Assembly (NCBI GenBank): GCA_963662465.1
Contig: OY759599.1
Coordinates: 5,440,001-5,504,000 of the forward strand
Length of the DNA: 64,000 nucleotides
Direction: 5' to 3'
Source: Desulfatiglandales bacterium
GTDB lineage: Bacteria > Desulfobacterota > DSM-4660 > Desulfatiglandales > Desulfatiglandaceae
This document shows, one piece after another, positions 27,665-36,410 of the stretch (positions within the stretch are counted from its first letter, which is position 1; each line of letters starts with the position of its first letter). The translations under genes were made by a program, and so were the position numbers. The notes under the pieces are model-generated. The model saw only the letters and a list, made by a program, of their open reading frames with translations, made no database searches and was not told where the DNA came from.

Positions 27665-29083
27665 ATGATCGAGGGCGAGCCCCGGAGAAACGATCGACTG
27701 ATCATATTCACGATTTCCCTTGCTGCGTTCATGGGAGCGCTCGATGTGACCATCGTGAACATTTCATTGCCCACGCTCGCTCGGAACTTCCAGATGAGTA
27801 CGAGTGTTGTTTCCTGGGTCATACTGGTTTATCTCCTGGTCCTTTGCGCGTTTCTCCCCACCTTTGGACGGCTGGGGGACATGAAAGGATTCCGGAGGAT
27901 ATTTGTCGCCGGGTTCTGTACCTTCACGACAGGTTCCCTGGGCTGCGGGCTGTCACAGGGTTTCGCCCAATTGATCCTCTTCCGGGTCATCCAGGCGACC
28001 GGGGCGGCCATGCTTGCGGCCATCGGGCCTTCCATGGTTAGCGCTTACCTGCCGGAAAAGGTGAGGGGTCGGGCCCTGGGCTATGTCACCACGGCCGCTT
28101 CGCTGGGGATCGCCATCGGCCCCGTGGTGGGAGGGATGATCAACCAGTATTGGAGCTGGCGGGGAATATTCTTCATCAATATTCCCGTGGGCATCATCGG
28201 GGTGTTTTTCGCAATGATCTTCCTTCCCCGAATCGCACCTGCTTCTCTCGGCAAGAAGTTCGACCTGCCGGGGGCGGCGCTGATCTTCCTGACGCTGTTC
28301 GCCTTGCTGTATGCCCTGAACATGGGCCACGAACTCGGTTTTACTTCCGGGCGGATTCTGGGTTCTTTCGGCGCCGCGGTCGTATTTGGCGGTTTGTTTA
28401 TCCGGCAGGAAGCGCACAGTCGAGATCCACTGATAAACCTGACACTGTTTCGCAATGCCACTTTCACCATTGCCAACCTGGCAGGGGGCTTGATGACGGG
28501 GGCCTTTACGGGGGCGATTTTCATTTTCCCGTTTTACCTCGAACTGATCAGAGAAATATCGGTCTCCGGCTGCGGAATCATCATGATTGTCCCCTCCTTG
28601 CTGATGATGCTTTCCGGCCCGAGCGCCGGTCACTTGGCGGATCGCGGCAGCTCCAGGAACGTCACCATGATCTCGATCATCTTCATGGTGATCGCTTTTG
28701 CGATGTTTTTTCTGCTCGGAAAGGTAGACGTTTTCTGGTTTTTGATCCTGTCCCTTGCGCTCATGGGCGCCGGGATCGGCGCTTTTCTCCCTCCCGCCAG
28801 CCGAATGATTCTCGACAGCAGCCCCTCCAACATGGAAGGGATCTCATCGGGCATCATGGTGACCATAAGGAACTGCGGGTCGGTGCTGGGCGTGGTGATC
28901 CTGGAGACGGCCTTTTCAAGCGTTATGGGCGGAGACCACGGAAGATTAATTCTTCCCGGAGAGGATCGGGGTTTGCTGTTGAAGGGTTTCGAAGACGCTT
29001 TCCTGGCGGGCCTCCTCCTCTCTCTGGCAGCCCTTGCCGTTTTCGCTTTTGTGAGGCGGGAGCACCGGTCGAACACTGAATAA
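27665..29083 (+). CDS. MFS drug:H+ antiporter, DHA2 (EmrB/QacA) family
   Basis: 'LDVTIVNISLP', 'GRLGDMKG', 'WRGIFFINIPVG', many TM segments. Confidence 0.9.
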   Translation: MIEGEPRRNDRLIIFTISLAAFMGALDVTIVNISLPTLARNFQMSTSVVSWVILVYLLVLCAFLPTFGRLGDMKGFRRIFVAGFCTFTTGSLGCGLSQGFAQLILFRVIQATGAAMLAAIGPSMVSAYLPEKVRGRALGYVTTAASLGIAIGPVVGGMINQYWSWRGIFFINIPVGIIGVFFAMIFLPRIAPASLGKKFDLPGAALIFLTLFALLYALNMGHELGFTSGRILGSFGAAVVFGGLFIRQEAHSRDPLINLTLFRNATFTIANLAGGLMTGAFTGAIFIFPFYLELIREISVSGCGIIMIVPSLLMMLSGPSAGHLADRGSSRNVTMISIIFMVIAFAMFFLLGKVDVFWFLILSLALMGAGIGAFLPPASRMILDSSPSNMEGISSGIMVTIRNCGSVLGVVILETAFSSVMGGDHGRLILPGEDRGLLLKGFEDAFLAGLLLSLAALAVFAFVRREHRSNTE

Positions 29084-29227
29084 TTCGATACAGAAGGGAG
29101 AATGACATCCGAGGGTTTGAGGGGTTTTCAGGAACAAAAAATGGAGAGATTGATCTGAACCAAGAGGTGGATATCAGCTGATTCACGAAAAAAGCACTTT
29201 TTTGAAAAATTCTTGATATCAAGTCAT

Positions 29228-30286
29228 ATGGAATACGCTATAGATGTCACCCTTCGACAAATGAACATTGATGATGGTTCGGCCATCAACACCTTGGCCG
29301 CTCAGTGCCCTGATAAGGGACTTATTTCAGTGTATTCGGTTTATCGGGACAATGCCTTAGAGAGTCTTCAGGCATTACGCCCGAACACCGTGAGTGTGGC
29401 TGCGGAGGTGTCCGGCTGCGACGGCCTCATCGGTATGGCCCAGGTCAGTTTTGATCAGTGTCGGATCGAGGGGGAAATGCTACCCTATGCGCTTTTCAAC
29501 ACCCTAATGGTGCATCCCGATTTTTGTCGACTGGGTGTGGCCCGGAGACTTTCGGAATGGGGACTGAAACAGGCCCGGTTGCGCTTTGGAGACAAAGGGG
29601 TGATCATGGCGGATATTCAGACGGGCAATAAAGCCTCCCATGGCACGGTGAAGGGGTGGTGCAACCAGATGTTGCCGCCTGTTACGGTGGCCCCCGTGAG
29701 CCTCAGGAACCGCTCTCCCGTGGCCCTTTCCCACATACGGATCGGACCGCTGGAACCGGGGGCAGTGGCGGAATTCTCCGACGGCCTTAATATTTTTTAT
29801 GAGGGATACAATTTTTACAAGCCGGAAACGGCCGAAAGCCTTTCCAACTGGCTGGCCGAAAGACCCTTTGACCTCCCCACCCATCACTGCCTCGCGGCCC
29901 GTGACCCACGGGGAAATCTATTGGCCGGTCTGACCCTGGACGAAGCCCATCACCTGCGAACCTACCACGTTGTTCACATGCCCGCCTGGATCCGAATGGT
30001 CAATAAACTGCTTCACATGGTTCCCACAGACGGCATCCTTCGGCAGATACTGGTGGGTCGCATCTGGTTCCGACCGGGAGAATCGGGGGCCGCCTGCTAT
30101 CTGTGGGAGAATGTTCGTCGTCAGTGGCAGGGCCGAGGGACATCCCTCATGGCTTTTTTTGATCCCCGAAGCCCGGTGGCTTCCGTTATCAACCTGAAAC
30201 CCTGGTCTATCAAAACCATTATGATCACCGTGGTAAATACGCCCATCCCCATTGCAGAGGATCGGTTGATCTATCCCGTTCCTTGA
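29228..30286 (+). CDS. GNAT-family N-acetyltransferase
   Basis: 'LMVHPDFCRLGVARRL' motif A and 'GNKAS'; long C-terminal extension. Confidence 0.7.
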   Translation: MEYAIDVTLRQMNIDDGSAINTLAAQCPDKGLISVYSVYRDNALESLQALRPNTVSVAAEVSGCDGLIGMAQVSFDQCRIEGEMLPYALFNTLMVHPDFCRLGVARRLSEWGLKQARLRFGDKGVIMADIQTGNKASHGTVKGWCNQMLPPVTVAPVSLRNRSPVALSHIRIGPLEPGAVAEFSDGLNIFYEGYNFYKPETAESLSNWLAERPFDLPTHHCLAARDPRGNLLAGLTLDEAHHLRTYHVVHMPAWIRMVNKLLHMVPTDGILRQILVGRIWFRPGESGAACYLWENVRRQWQGRGTSLMAFFDPRSPVASVINLKPWSIKTIMITVVNTPIPIAEDRLIYPVP

Positions 30287-30373
30287 ATGAAACCGTTTGT
30301 GTAAACGACCAACCAGACAAGCATTAGGAAAAGTTACGGATATGGAAGATTCAATGAGGCGAATGAGGAAAAT

Positions 30374-31654
30374 ATGGCAAATCTAACGACTGATTTCTGC
30401 AAAATTGAAGTGAAGAATCCCCTTGGTGTGACCGCATGCGATTTCGGTGGGAGCGAAAGACTGCTGCGAAGATGTGCCGAACAGGGTATCGGCTGGATCA
30501 TTGGCAAAACCGTGCACCGGATTGATGGCCCCCACCGTTGGCCCAGGCCCTACTTCTATTCCTTGAAGCGTTTCGGGAAGGATCTTGCCGATGCCTGGAT
30601 CTGCAGCCAGATGTTCCACAACAAGCCCTATGAACAGTGGCTGCATGAGGAACTCCCCGGATGTCTGAAGACTTGTCAGGAGCATGATATGTTGTTTATC
30701 GGCTCATGTTCAGGCATCGGTGCCGACCCGGAAACCTGGATCCCTTTCTTAAAGGAGATGGAAGCGGCGGGCGTCAAAATGGTTGAACTGGATACCGGCG
30801 GTCCCCATGCAACCTTTGGAGCCGTGGACGCGCAAAAGGATGTGGGCGCGCCATTGGCCATGGATCCCCATACGGCGTACAAGGTCACCAAAGCCTGTGT
30901 GGATGCGGTCAATATTCCCATTATGTTCAAGATGACCCCCCAGTGCATCAACATGGCCGGTGTGGCCCTGGCCGTTGAAAGGGCCGGCGCGGCAGCAATC
31001 TCGGCCAATAATGCCTTTTATGGTTGCTGGATCGATCACGAAACAGGGTCCTTTTTCGGCGTGCCGTCTTCCATGGGTGGGCTTATGGGACGGCCCTGGC
31101 AGCTCTTTTCACTGGCCAAGGTGATGGAAATCACCACAACGGTGAAGATCCCGGTTTTAGGGGGCGGCGGTTCCTTTACCTATGATGATTGCGTGCGTTA
31201 TCTGATGGCTGGTTGTGGACTCGCCGGTCTGTGTTCTTCCGTCTATTCAAGGGGAGTGGGTGTGCTGAAGCAGTGCCTCGATGGTCTGAATGATTTCATG
31301 GACCGGAAAGGGTATCAAACCATTAAGGATTTCAAGGGCTGTGTAACCAATGAATTCAAGTATCTTCGGGAGTGGAAGCGAGAAGATCCCATGACAGACT
31401 TGACGCCGATCATCCCTCAGTTCAACGAAGATAAATGCAACCAATGTGGCGTTTGTGAAAAGATCTGTCCGTATGGGGCATTGAGCTTCGATAAAAATAA
31501 GGATAGGGTTCCCGTACTCAACCGCAAACATTGTAACGGTTGCGGCTGGTGTGTCGGCCACTGCAGGCCCAACGCCATAAAATGCATCCATGCCGAGACA
31601 GGAGCGGTTGTCTGGGATGGCTTTGGTACGATTTCTGACTGGGTTACGGACTGA
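30374..31654 (+). CDS. Dihydropyrimidine/dihydroorotate dehydrogenase-like FMN protein with C-terminal 2x[4Fe-4S]
   Basis: 'KNPLG', 'IIGKT', 'IPIMFKMTP', 'ISANN', 'GGLMG', 'IPVLGGGG'; CNQCGVCEKICP, CNGCGWCVGHC. Confidence 0.8.
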   Translation: MANLTTDFCKIEVKNPLGVTACDFGGSERLLRRCAEQGIGWIIGKTVHRIDGPHRWPRPYFYSLKRFGKDLADAWICSQMFHNKPYEQWLHEELPGCLKTCQEHDMLFIGSCSGIGADPETWIPFLKEMEAAGVKMVELDTGGPHATFGAVDAQKDVGAPLAMDPHTAYKVTKACVDAVNIPIMFKMTPQCINMAGVALAVERAGAAAISANNAFYGCWIDHETGSFFGVPSSMGGLMGRPWQLFSLAKVMEITTTVKIPVLGGGGSFTYDDCVRYLMAGCGLAGLCSSVYSRGVGVLKQCLDGLNDFMDRKGYQTIKDFKGCVTNEFKYLREWKREDPMTDLTPIIPQFNEDKCNQCGVCEKICPYGALSFDKNKDRVPVLNRKHCNGCGWCVGHCRPNAIKCIHAETGAVVWDGFGTISDWVTD

Positions 31655-31864
31655 TTTGCGATGATTCAATATGGCGTCAGACCGATATGCTTAATGTCAA
31701 AAGTGCCCTATCACAAACTTCTCTCGATCTCTTTCATTAGGACAATGTGCAGTCTTTAAATGCCTCAAATATTTTCCACCCAACATTCATCCCTGTCAGC
31801 GTTTTCAGATTCTGGCGGAAGCACAGCGGAGGATTTTGGCTTAACCATGGGACGCCATCCACCT

Positions 31865-32130
31865 GATGTAACTTGACAATATCAAAAGGAGTTTGGTGGT
31901 TCAAAACCTGGCAATATACTTTTGCTATCCATATATGTGGTCATGCCTTTCAAGTAAAATCAAAATTTCTTGCTGGCACAACATATGGTGGTCGGCCGAT
32001 CTATTTTTTATCCCGCCGCTTTCCAAGATGCGTGCATCATCATACACCCCAACGTCACCCCAGATCGTGCAAGGCTGACAGATCAATTTTACACTATTTC
32101 CTTATGAAATCAAACGGATGTTTTATATAG
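31865..32130 (-). repeat. Copy 1 of a triplicated non-coding promoter/leader element
   Basis: Colinear similarity with 34385-34650 (e.g. TTTCTTGCTGGCACAACATATGG, AGATCAAT.TTACACTATTT, ATGAAATCAAACGGATGTTT). Confidence 0.8.
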
Positions 32131-32381
32131 GTAACCCTCTGTCAGGTAGCGGATGTCAACCGAAGAGGCGACCACAAGATGTGGATGCGTTGATTCGGCA
32201 AATTAAATCATGCTCAGATGGGCTTTTGAGTTTTTATGTCAACTTTTTCGCTGCCCGATGTATTAGCAGGTATTGACGTTTCCTTCTTTTCATCTAAATG
32301 GTGGTCAAATCACCCCATGTCCAACGAGTTAACACACTAATTGAGGGAGAATTAAAGTTTTTAATGAATTTGTTGCAGTCT

Positions 32382-34037
32382 TTATGATACCCGGCGCTTC
32401 CGGATCATCAAGATAGCTACAGCAGCCATCATCAGCGACATGATAATCATGCCCCATTCGGAGAGCGTTGGGATTGGGTTTGGCCTTGACTGCACTTCCA
32501 ATGCTCCGATATCACAAGCTAAACCCACAGGGCGCGGCATGCCGCGTTGATCAAGGTTTAGGCCTAAGCAATCAGCGACCCCGTCAATAGCCGGGCTTCC
32601 CGGGACAAGCCCGATGGTAAGGGTGGGACCGCCGTTGTCCTGCAAACCGTTGGGATCAAGCATAGGGTCGGTGTTGTCGCCAGCCCCGAATCCGCAGCTT
32701 CCGTCATCGCAAAGGTTGCTACCGAGATCGATGATAGTGCCGCTGCAAGTACCGCCGGCCACAATGGTATTCTGCATATTTGTGACGCCGCCGTCGTCGT
32801 AAAGCCCGCCTCCCACACCGTTGGGCGCAGAATTGCCAGAAAAGGTACAATTAGTGAAATTCGTTGTTCCTGCGTTTCTTACGCCTCCTCCATTCAACCC
32901 TGCCGTATTGTTGGCAAACGTGGAATTGATAACGTCTCCCACCGTGTTGGAGTTTATAAAATTGATGGCGCCACCGCCGCCGACTCCCGGATTATTATAG
33001 CCCGAAATGTTTCTGGAGAAGGTGCTGGCGGTGATTGTAAACAGGCTGCTCGTAAGAACGCCGCCTCCTGAAAATGTCGCGCGATTGGCGGAAAAGGTGC
33101 TGTCAGTGATATTCAATGTTCCGAAAGCACTAATACCCCCACCGCTAGTTCCTGAAATGTTACCGGAAATGGTGCTGTCAGTGATATTCAATGTTCCGAA
33201 AGCACTAATACCCCCACCGCTAGTTCCTGAAATGTTACCGGAAATGGTGCTGTCAGTGATATTCAATGTCCCGGAAAAAATACGAATACCCCCACCGCTA
33301 CTTCCTGAAGTGTTACCGGAAATGGTGCTGTCAGTGATATTCAATGTCCCGGAAATACAAATACCCCCACCGCTATTTTCTGAAGTGTTACCGGAAATGG
33401 TGCTGTCAGTGATATTCAATGTCCCGGAAAAAATACGAATACCCCCACCGCCAAAATTGGTTGTGTTATCTGAAATGGTGCTGTTGATAATAGTTACCGC
33501 ATTGCCGTCATTATAAATCCCACCGCCGCCATCGGCGTCATTACTATTGCGGGTAATAGTGGAATTGTTGATATTCAAATTACCCAGGTTAAAGATTCCA
33601 CCACCTTCTGCACCGGGATCCGATCCATTTCGAATGGTGACATTGTTCAAAGTCAGTTCACCGGAAGAGGCAATATGAAAAATTCTAAAAGAATCCCCCG
33701 AAGCAGGGTTTCGTTCGATTATACCGCCATTGCCGTTGACGGTAATACCAGTGGTGATATCGGGAAGCCCATTATTGCCGTCAATAGTATTGTTCGTAGC
33801 CGTAAGCGTGATAGTGCAGCCTGCGGTCAGGTTAATTACATCTGCCTCTGCATTGCCATTGGCAGCGTTGATCGCTGTTATAAGTTCTGCTGCCGTGCAG
33901 CCCGGGTTGAATTCGGCTGCCTGAGCTTGTAATACAATAAGGCCCATAAAAAACAATAGACTGAGTCCAATAACCGGGATTTTCTTTAGTACCCTTTTTC
34001 TTATGATTATAACATCCCCAGCTTCCAAATATTTCAT
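32382..34037 (-). CDS. IPTL-CTERM sorted surface protein with parallel beta-helix repeats and choice-of-anchor Q domain
   Basis: Signal-like N-terminus; GGG-I repeats; 'LQDNGGPTLT...GSPAID...DQRG..R...CDIGALE'; 'IPTLSEWGMII...RKRR'. Confidence 0.88.
   Translation of the reverse strand: MKYLEAGDVIIIRKRVLKKIPVIGLSLLFFMGLIVLQAQAAEFNPGCTAAELITAINAANGNAEADVINLTAGCTITLTATNNTIDGNNGLPDITTGITVNGNGGIIERNPASGDSFRIFHIASSGELTLNNVTIRNGSDPGAEGGGIFNLGNLNINNSTITRNSNDADGGGGIYNDGNAVTIINSTISDNTTNFGGGGIRIFSGTLNITDSTISGNTSENSGGGICISGTLNITDSTISGNTSGSSGGGIRIFSGTLNITDSTISGNISGTSGGGISAFGTLNITDSTISGNISGTSGGGISAFGTLNITDSTFSANRATFSGGGVLTSSLFTITASTFSRNISGYNNPGVGGGGAINFINSNTVGDVINSTFANNTAGLNGGGVRNAGTTNFTNCTFSGNSAPNGVGGGLYDDGGVTNMQNTIVAGGTCSGTIIDLGSNLCDDGSCGFGAGDNTDPMLDPNGLQDNGGPTLTIGLVPGSPAIDGVADCLGLNLDQRGMPRPVGLACDIGALEVQSRPNPIPTLSEWGMIIMSLMMAAVAILMIRKRRVS
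33096..33476. repeat. Five tandem 75-78 bp coding repeats
   Basis: Units start at 33096, 33171, 33246, 33324, 33399; the first two are identical over 75 bp. Confidence 0.9.
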
Positions 34038-34384
34038 CTTTTGACCCTCCTTTGTAGAATAATTATAAAAAAGCCTATGAGTGTAATAGATGATTTTATA
34101 TAGAGTTAGTAGTTAGCATCGCATAACGGAACATGTCAATGAAAATGAGACACATATTTCAAAAAGTTCCGGGCTTTTTGTTGCACTCGCATTCATGGAT
34201 GATGATACAGGGAAAGCAACGTCACATCATTTCGGTGATGTCAGCAGCTACCGCACAATTGAGAAATATTCCACCAAGGCTAAAGAGGTTTTAGCTGAAC
34301 ATCCGGAGTTAGCTCAATTGGGAAGCCTGATTGATAAGGCAACGGAGTTTGGTCAGAAAGCCTCAACAATGTTATCCAGGGAAT

Positions 34385-34650
34385 GTTAACAAACTGACAG
34401 TACCAAAAGGATTTTGAGGGTTCAAGGTCTAGCAGTATGCTCTATCTATCCATAAGTGTAATCAGGCTTATGAAACCACATCGAACTTTCTTGCTGGCAC
34501 AACATATGGGGGTCGGTGAATTTACCGTCTATCCAGATGCTGGAAAGGACTTTCTGCATCAATCTTCACCCCAACACCACCAAAATCGTTCAAGGCTGGC
34601 AGATCAATCTTACACTATTTACCCATGAAATCAAACGGATGTTTCTGTGT
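34385..34650 (-). repeat. Copy 2 of triplicated promoter/leader element
   Basis: See copy 1; minus-strand TTGATT-16-TAAGAT at 34634-34607. Confidence 0.8.
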
Positions 34651-35132
34651 TAACCTACAACCAACACTAAATCTAATTCCTCCTCTTTCTTCCTTAGCCT
34701 TTTTATGAGGATATGAAGTAGATTATAATATATTTTCTTGCCGATAAGATCATTAGCCATGATCTGGTGAAACTCATTTTCCGGAATCTTGAGGACTTCA
34801 CCAGACTGGACTCCAATAACCGATGCCGATGCCGTGGTTTTCTCAATGAGAGAATACTCACCGAAACAGTCACCTTCGTTCAATGTGTTTAGTTTAATCT
34901 CTGATGCTCTATGTTCTTTCCTGCCTTCAAGCTGTTCTGGAAGAAGAATCCTAAGCTGTCCCTTGATTAGAATATAGAGGGCGGATGGTCTCTGTCCTAT
35001 TTCTATCAAGGCTTCTCCTTTCTCAAAACTTATTCTTTGGCAATACTTGGAAATTATTTTCAGCTCAGCTTTTGCTAAACCATCAAATACTTTCACGTTC
35101 GACAAGATACCAGCTATTTTGCTATCGAACAT
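34650..35132 (-). CDS. Stand-alone cyclic-nucleotide-binding domain protein
   Basis: 'VFDGL', 'LYILIKG', 'GDCFGEYSLI...ASASV'. Confidence 0.85.
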   Translation of the reverse strand: MFDSKIAGILSNVKVFDGLAKAELKIISKYCQRISFEKGEALIEIGQRPSALYILIKGQLRILLPEQLEGRKEHRASEIKLNTLNEGDCFGEYSLIEKTTASASVIGVQSGEVLKIPENEFHQIMANDLIGKKIYYNLLHILIKRLRKKEEELDLVLVVG

Positions 35133-35264
35133 AAGTTCCCCTGATTTTGGAGGTTGAAGTTGGAGAGAACCACAGATAATGCCGACAATTTTTTCTTTAG
35201 AATTTACAAATGAAATAATAGTCAGGCTTTCTTTTGTATCTGGCAGTACCCTAATGTGAGACTA

Positions 35265-35360
35265 GCATGATCCTTCACGTCAAGTCGGCCAAGATTGTGC
35301 AAGGCTGACAGGTTAATTATTCACTATCTTTTCCGTAAAATCAAGGAAATATTTCATATG
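35265..35360 (-). repeat. Copy 3 (partial, more diverged) of promoter/leader element
   Basis: AGATTGTGCAAGGCTGACAG...CACTAT...AAATCAA matches the core of copies 1 and 2. Confidence 0.65.
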
Positions 35361-35658
35361 AGAAATGTGGGTGCTGTGAATGCCGTTACTCATAGGAAAG
35401 GGCAGTCAAAAGATGCTATGGGAAAGACTTTATGGATGCGTCGCTTAACTGAATCTTATGTCTAAAAAACTGTATTATTGACAATTACTGCATTATGTTT
35501 TTGAAAACTATTTTTCCAACTGTATTTCCAACCTACAGGTTAAATTTAGAGCAACATTTTGGTATAGTCAAGTATAAAGAAAACTCTCCATAGCAAAGTA
35601 TACAGCAATATTTTAGTAGTCTGGGTAACAACTGGGAAATTCTAGGAAATGATACTGC

Positions 35659-35707
35659 CTGGCCTCTCACGCCGGCGACACGGGTTCGATTCCCGTTGGG
35701 ACTGCCA
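35659..35707 (+). other. 3' fragment of tRNA-Glu(CTC), att-like site
   Basis: Anticodon arm CTGGC-CTCTCAC-GCCGG, T arm ACGGG-TTCGATT-CCCGT, TGGGACT-G-CCA end; no D arm or 5' acceptor strand upstream. Confidence 0.8.
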
Positions 35708-36033
35708 CAACACCTTCCTGTAAATTCCTAATTCAGTCGAATTTTTTGGCGGTGTATCAGTAACGATTAGCGACATATCACGTAAAATTTACGGTGTTCA
35801 ACAGGCCTTTTTCCCGATGAACAGGAGGCGGGCATGGCTACAGTGTGATCCGTTCTCATGATGGGTGTGATAGGGATATCGAAACCGGTTCCAGAAATGA
35901 GCCGGTTTTTTTTGTGGGTTGCACTGGCCCCCCCCATGACGTTCGTGGAAGATGCGACCGTCCGAGATAGTTAGGACAGGCCATTGATGACGCTCTGGAG
36001 CAGACCGGGGAGGCAGGGAAGGCGGAAGAGAGC

Positions 36034-36315
36034 CTACAGAAGCTTAACCAGGGTGGCCACAATGGCGATGGAGGCGGCAAGCATGACGCCAAGACGAGTG
36101 GTAAGACGCATTCCAAGCTCTTTCATGTCGCGTTTTAAGGATACTTCAAGCTCCTTTATGCCTCTCTGCAGCAATGCCATATCTTATTTTGTGGCAAGGC
36201 GGTTTTCCACAAGCTCACTGATGATTTTTGTCTGTTCGGCAGCCTGCTCTTCAGTGAAACCGACTGCTCTTAATCTTTTGACATTCTCAAATGTATCGAA
36301 CGTAAGTGTACCCAT
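36034..36315 (-). pseudogene. DUF1640/CCDC90-like coiled-coil protein with internal TAA
   Basis: 'TFDT...KRLRAVGFTEEQA...LATK*DMALL...LTTRLGVMLAASIAIVATLVKLL'; stop at 36184-36186. Confidence 0.75.
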
Positions 36316-36410
36316 GATGAACCCCTTTCTTGAATGAACATGACAAATTCTACCATGGGAGGAGACCATGGACAACTTTTATTTGTCGGGAACATGGCGG
36401 CTTTTTTGTG

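Noticed and set aside
28150..29079. Long alternative-frame and antisense ORFs here and over MCP, hdr, lonC and formyltransferase genes
   Set aside because: Shadow ORFs of GC-rich coding sequence with no recognisable motifs.
31974..31990. TGGCAC as a sigma54 promoter
   Set aside because: The -12 element reads ATGG rather than TTGC.
33096..33476. Tandem repeats as a CRISPR array
   Set aside because: Contiguous 75-78 bp in-frame coding units without spacers.
34195..34389. 64-aa plus-strand ORF in the islet
   Set aside because: No clear RBS or family motif; may be a gene fragment but unsupported.
35630..35707. Functional tRNA-Glu gene
   Set aside because: No D arm or 5' acceptor strand complementary to TGGGACT.
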